A stretch of DNA of 64,000 nucleotides from Craspedostauros australis (lineage: Eukaryota). The translations under genes and the position numbers were made by a program. A model generated the notes under the pieces. It saw nothing but the letters and a program-made list of their open reading frames with translations. It was not told the DNA's origin and made no database searches. The stretch covers positions 1 through 64,000 of the forward strand of contig JALAGF010001187.1 in the NCBI GenBank assembly GCA_030167865.1, written 5' to 3'. Shown here piece after piece: positions 1 to 11,116 of the stretch; within the stretch, counting starts at the first letter, position 1, and the number at the start of each line of letters is the position of its first letter.

Positions 1-648
1 AATATGTGCTTGGTTTGGATATCGCAGATGAAAAGTTAGAATGTCCATTTCAAAGTGCAGGTCGACTCACTGATCGGGCTCTTAATTCAAAATGTGAACA
101 AAGTTGCCAAAACCGAGAACACGAACACGTTATTTTGGATCGAGTTTGTCGGATGTCTATCGTTGAAGCTTAGAAGTGGTCCAAAAATGGGCACATTGAC
201 AGGTCCATAAAACTTAAACTGTGGACTTTAAGATTCTGGGTAATTTTCCTGTTGCTATGGAGACTATAAAGAGTAGGTTGGTATGCTTAGTTCTGTTGTA
301 ATCGAAGAAAAAGTGCCACTCTACTTTACCAACGGTAGGTCCACTCGCTCACCTGGGTCATATTAACCTAACGGCAGTAAAAGACATATGAATGCAGTAG
401 CATGGTTGGAAAGAAGAGCTCGAGAGGATTCAGAATATGTAAAGAAAAGAGGTTCCCACTCGTAGGCGTTGGGGTCGAAAGTTGGAATAACTGAGTATGA
501 AATTGTTATTGCCCAATTATTGGGCGTTGGGTCGTGAAGGGATAAGGAGAGTTAGAAGATTACGAATATGCGTTTGGTTGGGATATTCAAGATACAATGT
601 GTAGAGTCCAATAACGGAGTGCAGGTCGACTCACTGATCGGGCTCTTA
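1..648. repeat. Degenerate direct-repeat array (~282-bp period) in an AT-richer segment; satellite or transposon-terminus remnant
   Basis: The 31-mer AGTGCAGGTCGACTCACTGATCGGGCTCTTA is identical at 54-84 and 618-648. Positions 1-53 align without gaps to 565-617 (AATATGTGCTTGGTTTGGATAT vs AATATGCGTTTGGTTGGGATAT). A third, diverged copy lies at ~281-364 (21/30 matches over 335-364). There is no long ORF. Confidence 0.7.
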
Positions 649-996
649 TGTTCTGCACCAATAGCACGTACGTATGGCGAGATTCTGTTGGATGTTTTGT
701 AGAATAGCAATCGTCATACTATTCTTGAAGTCTACGAGTACTATTTGTCTCTAGATTCGCAAATGCGCGCTAAAAAGCAAAGTCTCGGACAGACGATCAG
801 ACGAGATCGTACGAAAATGATGACATCAGCATGTGGATTTGATGGCAAAGAACACGTTGGGAGGAGAAAGATCTTGTCTGCGTTGACGAGACGGACACGC
901 ACTCACAGGAACACGAGTAGTCGTACGAGGACGATCTGCTCGGCAAGGGAAGAACGACCTGCATCGGCCCTTGAGCTCATACATATTAGTGCATAC

Positions 997-1055
997 TCCA
1001 TACCATACCATACCATACCATACCATACCATACCATACCACACCATACCACACCA
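997..1055 (+). repeat. (TACCA)n pentanucleotide microsatellite just upstream of the GCSH start codon
   Basis: About 11 TACCA/CACCA units ending ~10 nt before ATG 1066. Confidence 0.95.
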
Positions 1056-1065
1056 ATAACCCAAC

Positions 1066-2052
1066 ATGTCAACCAGCCTCTTCGTTCGCAACATCGCCCA
1101 ACGCAGCCTCCAGCAAGGTCTGCGCCGAAGCACCATTTCCCAGCTGTCGGCAGCGCGATTCTCCTCTTACTTCGCGCCAAGTAAGTGATTGTTGCCATCA
1201 TACCCACGATATTCGTGATGCCAGGGAGTCATCATTCATTCCCCTCTACATTGCTTGGCTGCGCGTTCTGGACGCAAGTCAATTGCAACGGCTTGGCAAG
1301 GGGATTATTCCTTCAGATTCTTCAAAACCCCCGAATCCCGTTCGTCTCCTACCATGACAGCTTGTTCCAACGACGGCTGCGGCTTGCCCCAACCTGTCTT
1401 GTCTCGCCCTGCCTGCATTCTCGACTTCAGTCCAGCAAGGTGCATGGTGCTGCGATGGACTCTGCTTCATTATGCTCCATCCAGACAGTTGGACTCACAC
1501 TATCATTTGTTACTTTCACATTCAATCCATTCCGCCCAATTCAATGATGTGCGCAAATTTGATGCAAAATCGATGCAAATTCGATGAATACCTCGTTTGA
1601 AAACAATGATATACTCCACCATAATGCTAACACGCGGATATGCTACAATGTCAATGCGCCGAAACTCCGACACGTGTGAAATGATTGCAACAACAGCACA
1701 CGAATACTGCAAGGTCGACGGCGGCATCGCCACTGTCGGAATCTCCGACCACGCCCAGAACGCCTTGGGTGAGATCGTCTATGTGGACCTGCCAGAAGTC
1801 GGCGACGACGTGGAAAAGTCGGAAGCTGCAGCAGTCGTCGAATCTGTCAAGAGCGCCTCGGATGTCTACGCACCAGTCAGCGGAACAGTCGTCGAGGTCA
1901 ACGAGGCGTTGGGGGATTCTCCAGAAATCATCAATGATTCCGCAGAAGAGAATGGATGGTTCTTCAAGGTCGAGATGTCCGACGAATCTGATGTGAAGGA
2001 TTTGATGGATGCTGCTGCCTATGCGGAGCATGTCAAGAGTGAGAGCGGCTAA
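1066..2052 (+). CDS. GCSH: Mitochondrial glycine cleavage system H protein (156 aa, 2 exons)
   Basis: Exons 1066-1180 and 1697-2052; intron GTAAGT...CAACAG. The junction gives YFAPTHEYCKVDG. Lipoyl-lysine motif VESVKSASDVYAPVSG; Arg/Ser-rich, acid-free presequence MSTSLFVRNIAQRSLQQGLRRS. Confidence 0.95.
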
Positions 2053-2689
2053 GCACGCGTGTGCAACGGTGGTACCCAGCTCAACCCTGTTCTACCTTAC
2101 CAATACTGCACTCCATTTGGAGCAGTCTGAACCTTTCCATGTGGGATTGCAACATCCGTGATTCCACCGGGCCCACTCCTGCGTCTACTATTCCCACTTG
2201 TATCAGTCCAAGTCGAAGAGCAGCAATATCTTCTGCCTCTTCTTCCAAATCACCGATTGATGAGCGCATCAGCACGAGCTGCGAATAGAGACAGGTGCAG
2301 TGGCGTTGAAGACAAAACTATCATGGAGTACCACGAGCAGAGTCGCAACCACGTTGAAGCAAGTCCTGATGGAACGCACCGCGCATATGAAAAAGCACAG
2401 GCAGAATATGGGATGTACTAATACGAGTAAGCACTCGATTATTCACATGCACAATCCCATCATCCTACTTTACGATGATATCCATGCCTACGTGTTGCAC
2501 TGCACACACGGGCATTACGCTGCGAGATCTTCTCTGTTGTCGACAGGACATTGCTCGTGTATCGCATAATATCTGGTACGCGTCAAACTAGTGCGCTATG
2601 CTCTACTCGTTACTGCCACCATTCACTTTCAAATGGAGGCCCGCACACCATTCTTACAATTCCATTGCGGTCGTTCGTTCAAGCAGGAT

Positions 2690-5338
2690 TCAGGCAAACC
2701 GTCTGCTCTTAATCATGCTCCATTCCAACCCGGCCCCCAACCTCAGACCACCGTCGGAGGCACCGCCACCGTGCAGCCTGCTGCGTTCCTCTTCCTTGCT
2801 CGCTTTCTTAACAATGGATCGCTTCACCCGCACGTTGTGGTTGGCGTTGATGCAGCTCGCGGGACGGGCAGCGCGGCGTTGGCCACCGCAGGTCAGACAC
2901 ACCCAATGCCGATCAATGCCTGCCGCCTTCGTCTTGCTCTCCTTCCTCTTCTCGCGGGCCTGCTCCTTGGACTCCATCTCTTCCAGTTCCACGAGCTTGC
3001 CACGGCTGCGGGCGAATTCTTCCGCGGCAGCCTCGTTGGCGAACATGCTCTTGGCGCTGCGAACCCGGGCTTCGTCCTGGCTGCCCATAGTTCCAAATTG
3101 TCGCGCGAAGCTATTCGTGCTGGCACCCGCATTCGATGCGGAACGCCCTGCTTTCCGCGTTGCGACCCCGCTGCTTCTGTTCGGTGAACTAACTTGTACA
3201 ACCTTGCCATTGTGGAGCAGCTTGATCTTGGCGGACGGTCTTGACTTCGTCGTCGCCTGCTGCTGCGGTTGGCCTTCCTGTTGCAAACGCAAACGTGCTG
3301 CCATCTCTGCTTGCCGCTGCCTGATGGTCTGCTGGGTCTGGGTGTCTTCGCCATACTTTAGTATCGCAGCGTCAGTGGCCGCGTTGTTGCGTGCACCCAA
3401 CCTCGGGGCACTGTTGGCAAACAGCGCACTTGGTTTGGGAACGAAGACAGACCCATCGAAGCCGTCTTTCGCTGTAGTCGCGATCGATCGTCTAGGTTTC
3501 TTGGTGACATTCGCGGATTTCGACGTTTGCGATTGCTGGGACTGTTGTGATGACGACGAAAAGGATCCCGAGACGCCCTTGCGCTTGCCACCGACCTGTA
3601 ACCAGTTGCTCACGCGGGCGCCCCGCCGTTGTGACGTTGAGCTCAAACTAGCACCATTTGCGGCACCATGGTCGTCGCTATTGTTTCCAACGAAACCGAG
3701 CTTTTTCTTGGGCTTCTGCGTTGCGTAAGGATTGCGGGTTGCTTGCGCACCTCCCGCGCTCTGCTTGTTGGATTGCAGTCGCCTCCCGAAGAGCGGATTC
3801 TGGGACTGCTTGGCTTGCCGTGCCAAGAGCTGCGCGTTGCCGCCGCCCATGGCCGGAGCGGCCATTCGGTTGCTGCGCGAGGCCCCGCGACCCCCACTTT
3901 GGTCTCGCTTCATGTGCATGGGGACTCGCGATGCCAAGCCGTCCTTCATCGTATCCCTCGACGCAGATATGGTGGATGCAGGTTCCAGGAAACGATTTGA
4001 TTCCGTTTGCTGCGCGTTGAATCGATCGGCAATGATGCTCGCGGCTGAGGATCTGGTGACAGTTCCATTGATGCCGCTAGTGTTGTTGCTCTCGTCACGA
4101 TTCGTCTGCTGCCTGGCCGATGTCAAGGTGTTGCGGAACATGCCGGCCGTGTTGGTGCGCATTTGCTGCACGTACGACATATTGGCGGAAGCCTTGCCAC
4201 CGGCCATTCCCCCACCGCCATTTGTGATCATCTGCTTCTTGTGCTTGTCGCAGTACTCGCACCGCCGTTTGTCGACGTAGTTCTTGCAGGAACCGGTGGG
4301 GGCCCAGTTTCCATTGGGCTGCTTGACGCGGACTGTTGCCTTGCAAAACCCGAAATCACGGGCCGTCGCGACCAGCTTGAGTTGACGAGGGTCCGTGACG
4401 GAGAAAGAGACGGAGGTGTCGCCGTTGCTGGGGCCCTTTCCATCTCGCGACTCGCGCGGTGGCAGCAGCTTTGGACAGTTGATGGCAATGACCTTGCCGG
4501 CCGTACACGACTTGCAGAACTTGCTGTAGCAGTCGCCAAAGAGAAAGACGGTGATGCAAGGCCCCGATGCGAAAGAGCCGATCGTCATGATGCAGAACGC
4601 GTTGCCCTTGGCGGAGAGGCGGGTGCCGGAGTTGGAGAAAACGATACCCACTGTGCATGCGTTGGTCTTCCCCGCGATGGAATCTCTGTTGATGGTCGGA
4701 GGCGGCTCCACGAGGAGCCTGATCCAATTCTGCAGGCTCATGGCGCTGAGCGCGGCAGGTGATTGGAACAGGCCGCCCGAAATAAAATCCATCAGGTCCA
4801 CGCTGGAGATGCTCCGGTTGATCATGCGGATTCCCAATCGATCGTCGATGCTTGCGTTGACTGGCTTGTTCGTGGTGTACTCCTTCCGTTGCGTTCGTCG
4901 AGAAGCTGCCTTGTCTGTCGAGGAGATGTTGGATGTGATGGAGGTTGGCGATCTCGGCAAATCGCACGCCGATGCCGTTGACGCCGACGCCGATGAAGCC
5001 CTTTGCGTTCTGGGGATGCTGCTGTGTTGCGGTCTTCCTCTTTCCGCTTTTCTATCTCCTTGGGTTGATGCGAGAAACTCAACATCGGGAAGCATGCCAT
5101 CCTCTCCATCGCCCTTGCTTCCGATGTTGCTACTTCTACTGCTGCTGTCGCTGTGTTCGCCGATATCGTTGTCGTTGTCGTTGTCGTTATCTTCATCGTC
5201 ATCCTCGCCATCATCCATCAAGGCGAGCAGATCGTCCATCTCGTTTTCGTTTGTCTTGCCAGATTCCGAGGGCGATGAATTCTTGGCCTTGGCGGATGGA
5301 TTTCCACCGTCATTCATCAAGAGAAGAAGATCATCCAT
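2690..5338 (-). CDS. MCM10: MCM10-like DNA replication factor
   Basis: Acidic N-terminus (MDDLLLLM...). OB-fold segment VGIVFSNSGTRLSAKGNAFCIMTI...VFLFGDCY...GKVIAINCPK. CCCH zinc finger DFGFCKA...CKNYVDKRRCEYCDKH. C-terminal CLTC...C...H motif. Start inferred at ATG 5338. Confidence 0.85.
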   Translation of the reverse strand: MDDLLLLMNDGGNPSAKAKNSSPSESGKTNENEMDDLLALMDDGEDDDEDNDNDNDNDIGEHSDSSSRSSNIGSKGDGEDGMLPDVEFLASTQGDRKAERGRPQHSSIPRTQRASSASASTASACDLPRSPTSITSNISSTDKAASRRTQRKEYTTNKPVNASIDDRLGIRMINRSISSVDLMDFISGGLFQSPAALSAMSLQNWIRLLVEPPPTINRDSIAGKTNACTVGIVFSNSGTRLSAKGNAFCIMTIGSFASGPCITVFLFGDCYSKFCKSCTAGKVIAINCPKLLPPRESRDGKGPSNGDTSVSFSVTDPRQLKLVATARDFGFCKATVRVKQPNGNWAPTGSCKNYVDKRRCEYCDKHKKQMITNGGGGMAGGKASANMSYVQQMRTNTAGMFRNTLTSARQQTNRDESNNTSGINGTVTRSSAASIIADRFNAQQTESNRFLEPASTISASRDTMKDGLASRVPMHMKRDQSGGRGASRSNRMAAPAMGGGNAQLLARQAKQSQNPLFGRRLQSNKQSAGGAQATRNPYATQKPKKKLGFVGNNSDDHGAANGASLSSTSQRRGARVSNWLQVGGKRKGVSGSFSSSSQQSQQSQTSKSANVTKKPRRSIATTAKDGFDGSVFVPKPSALFANSAPRLGARNNAATDAAILKYGEDTQTQQTIRQRQAEMAARLRLQQEGQPQQQATTKSRPSAKIKLLHNGKVVQVSSPNRSSGVATRKAGRSASNAGASTNSFARQFGTMGSQDEARVRSAKSMFANEAAAEEFARSRGKLVELEEMESKEQAREKRKESKTKAAGIDRHWVCLTCGGQRRAARPASCINANHNVRVKRSIVKKASKEEERSRLHGGGASDGGLRLGAGLEWSMIKSRRFA

Positions 5339-6322
5339 GTTGGGTGCTACAGTACGAGTTGAGTGCGACCTCTTGTAGGTACTTGTGGGGGAAGATTGGC
5401 AGGAAAGGGCTGAGGACAGAATTCTGCAACGAGCGAGTGGAGTCGATTCGAGTTGATGAGCACTTCGTGTTGTGTTGATCCGAGGTCGTGCAATGGTGCA
5501 ATTGTGCAATTGTACAATTGTGCCTCTTGATGCTTCTTTCGATCCTGCGGTTGTATCAGAATTGTGTCATTTGCGGCGGGGTGTTGGTTTGAAGTTGATG
5601 TCTGTTTGTTGTTGAGTGCGCGTGTGTCTTGTTTTGGCGCGAAGTCGGAGGTTGTTTTTTTTTGGCGCGAAGAGAGGTACTTATGTAGCTCTAAATGAAT
5701 GAGTGTGGCTCGCTCGCATTGTGACATGGACGGTTGTGTCTTGTTGAGGGTTGGCAAGATTCAACGAACGAAACCAAGACAAGAAGAAGCACGGCGAAGC
5801 CATGTTCGACACACGAAAAGAGCCACGAGAGAATTGGGTGCATCCACAAGTCCGTGTAAACACAACAACGAACACAAGAAAACAACGATGAACCTCGCAC
5901 CGTGCGCTGTTGCATTGCGCTCATCCGATCTGATCACAAGTTGCGAGTTGGGAGTTGGCGCCAGAGGCGGTGCATATTGACACTGGCCTTGCATCGTTCC
6001 CACCTCTACTACATATAATAGTATTCTACAATACATACGAGTAGGTCTGCACTGCGCCCTCGAGTACCCTTGATTGCCCTTGAGGCTTGGAGGGAGGCTT
6101 CCACAAGCACAACTGGGGATTTGCGTGGGAACTATTACACGAGTACTGTACGTGTGAGCACTCGTATAGTATCCTGAGCGTCGCACCCGCAGAGAGCCAA
6201 GTCGAAGCGCATCCACGCAGAGTACTCTACTCTGCACGCTTTTGGAGGACGATACTTCTATCAACTCTGCTCTGCTCCATCCTCAGTCATTGAGAAGAGC
6301 ACAGAACAGAACAGCAGAGAGA

Positions 6323-8317
6323 ATGAGATCTTCTCGCGCAGAAGGGGACGCATCGACGCCATCTACGCCAGCATCTGTACCTGCACCTGCACCTACGTCG
6401 ACATGGACGTCGGTGTTCGATACGCCGTGCTGGATCAGCCCGCTATACATGTCGGCAACTCTGCAGGATATGTTTGGCAGTGACAACCAATCCACTCGCA
6501 CGCCAGATTCCGAATCATACGGATCACAGAAATCACCCGCATCAACTCAACCCAACAACAACGGCAATAATGGCAACAACGGCAATAATGGCAACAACGA
6601 CGATGCAGAGACGGAGAACGACAGCTACGACCGAGAACTGACTGCGATAGATGATGAGCACAGAATACGAATGCAGCGAGAGGCCGACGAAGTTCTGGGG
6701 TGGACGTTGGATGCTGGCGCAAGAGGTGTCGCAGCTGTTGGAACGGCCGTCTTCGTCAGCTCGGAACTCTTGCGGAAGGCGACGGAGGCAGCGCTCTGCG
6801 ATCAGGTCTACAACGACGATGAGGAGAAGTGGCAGGATGCCCAGGGGTGCGATGGGCGCGTGTACGGATTCAAACCGACATCCATCCTGACGAACATCGT
6901 CATGATTGTTGGCATCTTCTCTGCCATCGCCATGCCTCTCGTGGGTTCGCTCATCGATCACACACCGCACAGGCGAGCCGTGGGAATGGCATCGGCAGCC
7001 GCAATGGCGATCCTCATCTTGATCCAGATGCTGGCCATCCGGGATCATTGGTTCGCGGCGGCCATCCTGCAGGTCTTCGTGGCCATTGCTTACACCGTCC
7101 ATCTGTGCGCTGTCTACGCGTACCTGCCGGAGCTGACGACGAACGACGATCAGCTCATGACCTACACCTCACGGTTCGTCGCTGCGCAGTATGGCGGGAG
7201 CGTCATGTTCCTCGTCTTCATGGTTGCCCTGCTCTCCGCATTCAACAGCGACGAACAGGTCGAACCGGTGCGAATATCGCAGGCGTTGGTGTTCATCGTC
7301 ATCGCCACGTTCATGGGATACGCGTGGTTGAGGCTGTTTCAGCCGCGCCCCGCATCGCAGAAGGCGGCGGACGGCACGTCCCTGGTTTCAGCAGGCTTCT
7401 GGAAGATCTTCAAGACGACCAGGACGATCCTGCTGCATCACAACGCCATCAAGTGGTTCCTCATCTCAGCATCGCTGACGGAGGCCGCGACGACGGCGTT
7501 CTCCACGATCGCCATCACCTGCATGACTGAACAGCTTGGTTTCTCGGCCAAGGAGAATGGGATCGCCATCCTGCTCCTTCTCGTGTTCGGTGTTCCAGGC
7601 ACCAGGCTAGCATCGTGGCTCAAAACGATGGTCAACCCCATCATCAGCCTGCAAGCGTGTCTTGCGCTCTGGGTCGTCACCATATTGGCAGCCTCCATCT
7701 TCCTGCGCGGCGCCGAGCACACGGGCCTGGCGTACCTGTTCGCCTGCATCTGGGGCATCGCCATCGGGTGGGTGTACCCCACCGAAAAGGCGCTGTACGT
7801 GAGCATCATCCCGCACGGACAGGAGGCCGAGCTGATGGGTACGTACATCTGCGCATGCCAAATCATCTCCTGGCTCCCGCCCTTGGTCTTCAGCATCGTC
7901 AACGAAGCGGGCTACTCCATGCGCTTCGGACTCTCGACGTTGGCGGCGTACTTCTCGCTGAGCTTCGTGCTGCTGTTCTGGATGGGAGATTATGACGATG
8001 CGGTGACGCAGGCTCGGCTGATCGATGAAGGCAAACGAGGCTTTGCCGAAACGCCCACGCCCGATGAGATGGCGATGACGTACAGTCCCGATGCCAACTG
8101 CTTCCCGTACGCGTACAATGCTTACGGCGAGTTCGAGATGCACGCGGATGCGGCTCCGCATGGTGATGATTCACCCGCGCCGGTGCATTCAAAGTCGCAG
8201 ATCCTGATGCATCCATCGGCAGAGCCTAGTGAAGCGACTCCCACCGGCGCAACGACAAAGGTGGCAATTGCAAGGAATTCGATTACCGATTTCCGACCAA
8301 TTCATGATGACGATTGA
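6323..8317 (+). CDS. MFS transporter, Atg22/UMF1 (vacuolar effluxer-like) family
   Basis: Intronless ORF with ~12 hydrophobic segments. Motifs MPLVGSLIDHTPHRR, YAYLPEL and IIPHGQEAELMGTY. Start uncertain (6323 or a later ATG). Confidence 0.8.
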   Translation: MRSSRAEGDASTPSTPASVPAPAPTSTWTSVFDTPCWISPLYMSATLQDMFGSDNQSTRTPDSESYGSQKSPASTQPNNNGNNGNNGNNGNNDDAETENDSYDRELTAIDDEHRIRMQREADEVLGWTLDAGARGVAAVGTAVFVSSELLRKATEAALCDQVYNDDEEKWQDAQGCDGRVYGFKPTSILTNIVMIVGIFSAIAMPLVGSLIDHTPHRRAVGMASAAAMAILILIQMLAIRDHWFAAAILQVFVAIAYTVHLCAVYAYLPELTTNDDQLMTYTSRFVAAQYGGSVMFLVFMVALLSAFNSDEQVEPVRISQALVFIVIATFMGYAWLRLFQPRPASQKAADGTSLVSAGFWKIFKTTRTILLHHNAIKWFLISASLTEAATTAFSTIAITCMTEQLGFSAKENGIAILLLLVFGVPGTRLASWLKTMVNPIISLQACLALWVVTILAASIFLRGAEHTGLAYLFACIWGIAIGWVYPTEKALYVSIIPHGQEAELMGTYICACQIISWLPPLVFSIVNEAGYSMRFGLSTLAAYFSLSFVLLFWMGDYDDAVTQARLIDEGKRGFAETPTPDEMAMTYSPDANCFPYAYNAYGEFEMHADAAPHGDDSPAPVHSKSQILMHPSAEPSEATPTGATTKVAIARNSITDFRPIHDDD

Positions 8318-9049
8318 TGCAACCTTCCTTTCTTGTGGCCATCTGTACCTGCTCCAGCGAGGATCACCTTCAAGTACGAACCCCCCTGCGTGTACAACTG
8401 GCGCATTTGTATTGTATGATACAATAATACAACATTATGGAAAACGATATTTATGCAATACAGTACAAGATGATGTGCTGCGGTACAACACGATAGATGT
8501 TGCCAAAATAGAACAGCGTCTCAGAAAGGACAACACAACCGACCACTGCCACCAGCCTACTCTATACTCGTTGGTATTGGTATGTTGTTTGGTTGGATTG
8601 GTGAGTTGAGTCGGGTCGTAGATGCTCACGACTGACTGACAACGAAAACGCCTTGGACGAGGACCATGATGGTATGTGGTTGACCTCGCTGCCACAGATC
8701 TCCACACAAAGTTGGCATAAAAAGGCATCAGGTCCTTCCACCCCACTCGTGCCTTCCGTTCGTGGTATTGGTGATCTGGCAGGCGTTTGTGCTGGGTTGT
8801 GCTTCTGTCGAGGCAGAGGCAGAGGCAGAGGCAAGGGCAGAGACGGAGAGAGTGAAGACGTGAGAATCAGGATCAATATTCATATTCTATAATAGAATAG
8901 TTGATACTGTTGGAGTTATCGTAGAAACAGCAGCAGGTGAAAGCGCGTACTCTGCTCTGTTGGCGTGCGCGTACAGCATTCCCTCTCTCTCTCTGTCTCT
9001 CTGTCTCTCTCCACCAACATAGAGAGAGAGAGGTGCGAAGTGAGGAAAG

Positions 9050-10555
9050 ATGATGGGACTGCATGCCCGCAAAAAGGGAGGGCAGCATCATGATGCGGAG
9101 ATCCAGCAGACTGCGACGGTGGGTGGCAGCAACATGAATATGAACGCGAACATGAATGTGAGTGGCAGCAATGCTAACAATGGAAGCACCAACGCCATTA
9201 CCAACAGTAACAGCATCGGCAACACAGGCAGCGGCCTGCATTCAGATGCAGAGGCGGCTGCGGCAGGTGGTATGCCACAGCACGGCTCTCATGATGGCGA
9301 AGGCGCCTCGAAGATCCACCGCAGACGAGGCGGCAGGATGAGGTTCCTTCCCAAAGAGCTGCGGTATCCCGCGATTGCTGTGGGGGCCTTCCTGGCCGTG
9401 GGTTTGATCCTAGGATTCCTCATGCTGCGGCCGAGACATCACAAGATGATCATGCACATGATGCGGGATCCTTGGGGTCACAGCAGCGGCTTGCGATCGC
9501 TCAAGGCGGGATTTCGCCATCACTTCTTCACTGGCCATCCGCGATCGGTCACAGTGGTCATGCCCAGCGTCGTCAATCCCAAGAACCGTCACAAGCGTCT
9601 CAACGCCATCCTGCGAACGTGGGGGCCGGCCGCCAGGGCCGTCTTCGTGGTGCACAATGCAACAGAGTTCCCCAAGGGCTCGCATGCCATCATCTCGGAG
9701 CATGGCAAGCCGCAGGACAAGTACGCCTTCCCGCAGCTCCTGCTCATGCCCCCATCCATCGGCGTTGACGATGGATTGCAGAGGCTGAACTACGCCATCC
9801 GCGCCGTCCACCAAAAGATCAACCCCGACTTCGCCTTCTTCGTCAATGATCACACCTTCGTGGTGCCGTCCCATCTCTGCTACTTCCTGGAGGACAAGCT
9901 CGCATCAGACGACATGTACGCCGGTCACGCGCTCAAGAACAGGGAGGATGTCTTCAATTCAGGCGCAGCCGGATACGTGCTATCCCGACGCACGATGCAG
10001 AGGCTGATCAAGAAATGGGATGAGAAGGATCCCACCTGCCTGGTCGCGGATGGAAACGAATGGCTGCAGGGCAACCCGGGACTGGTCACCACTAAGTGCC
10101 TCAAGAACGTCCTCAACGTCTCCGCGGTCGACACCAGGCGCAGCGGCAAATGGCATCGCTTCCACGCCTTCCCACTCACAAGGATGGTCTCCGGCGACGT
10201 CGACGGATGGTACAAGAACAAGCACAAGAACCTGCACCAGATGATGGAGACGGACGAATCGTATAGCACCCTGCTATCTGGAACGGACTGCTGCGCCGAG
10301 GATACCGTCAGCTTCCACTACGTCGAGTCCTTCGAATCCATCGCGCTCTACGCCACGCGTCAGCAGCTGTTGGAGCGTCCGCACATGACGGATCGGGATC
10401 TCGAGTCCCTCATGATGTCGCAGTGGCCCCAAAAGCGCTGGGAGATCGGGGCATACTCCAGAGGCCTGCCCGATGCGACCGATCGAGTGGGCTGGTCGCA
10501 TCTTCTCAAGACGGTTCGGAGGATGACACAAAAACGGACTCAAAGGGAGTGCTGA
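9050..10555 (+). CDS. GT31-family core-1 beta-1,3-galactosyltransferase (C1GALT1)-like type II membrane protein with non-canonical catalytic motifs
   Basis: Single TM helix (AIAVGAFLAVGLILGFLML), then AILRTWG, FNSGAAGYVLSR, RFHAF and CCAEDTVSFHYV, all C1GALT1 hallmarks. The DDD motif is replaced by NDH. Confidence 0.8.
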   Translation: MMGLHARKKGGQHHDAEIQQTATVGGSNMNMNANMNVSGSNANNGSTNAITNSNSIGNTGSGLHSDAEAAAAGGMPQHGSHDGEGASKIHRRRGGRMRFLPKELRYPAIAVGAFLAVGLILGFLMLRPRHHKMIMHMMRDPWGHSSGLRSLKAGFRHHFFTGHPRSVTVVMPSVVNPKNRHKRLNAILRTWGPAARAVFVVHNATEFPKGSHAIISEHGKPQDKYAFPQLLLMPPSIGVDDGLQRLNYAIRAVHQKINPDFAFFVNDHTFVVPSHLCYFLEDKLASDDMYAGHALKNREDVFNSGAAGYVLSRRTMQRLIKKWDEKDPTCLVADGNEWLQGNPGLVTTKCLKNVLNVSAVDTRRSGKWHRFHAFPLTRMVSGDVDGWYKNKHKNLHQMMETDESYSTLLSGTDCCAEDTVSFHYVESFESIALYATRQQLLERPHMTDRDLESLMMSQWPQKRWEIGAYSRGLPDATDRVGWSHLLKTVRRMTQKRTQREC

Positions 10556-11116
10556 TGGCTGCCTGCGGTCTGTTTGGTTGATGATTTGGGACTGATGATC
10601 ATGGACTGACGATTGCGAAGTGCGATTGCCATTTCAATTACAACTCGGCTGCAATACGCTACGCTACAATGCAAAAGACGACACCAGAGTGATAGCACAT
10701 CCAATGTCGATAGTCTGGACTACTCGTAACCCTCCAATACCGATGCTACAAATACGACTATGTGCATTGGTACATATCAAAATAATATGGTACGTATGCA
10801 CATGTACAACTAACTGTATTGCCCGTATGCTCCGCGCACCGTGACTCCTTGCTGCTTTCAAAGTTGCAATGTCGCAAGTATCCGCAATGTCCAAGCACGG
10901 GAGCACGCGTAGATGACGAACGGTATTCTGCTCGTACGCCTATTCCACATGCACATATACGTATACATACGTGCACGTGCACTAGCATGATACTCTGTCT
11001 GTATGGATATGGAATACTCTGCAATCGCACGCACCATGCATGTTAGTGCCATGGTGTTGTGCTCTATCCGTTGGTCGTCTGCATGCGGTGCTGACGATGG
11101 CATTGTTTTGGCAAAC

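Noticed and set aside
54..648. Identical 31-bp repeats read as a CRISPR array
   Set aside because: Only two identical copies, 533 bp apart, in a eukaryotic context with no cas genes.
826..1207. ORFs with WYGMV/YHTIP repeats
   Set aside because: They are translations of the (TACCA)n microsatellite.
2591..5478. Several 170-376-aa plus-strand ORFs
   Set aside because: Antisense shadows of MCM10 with no recognisable motifs.
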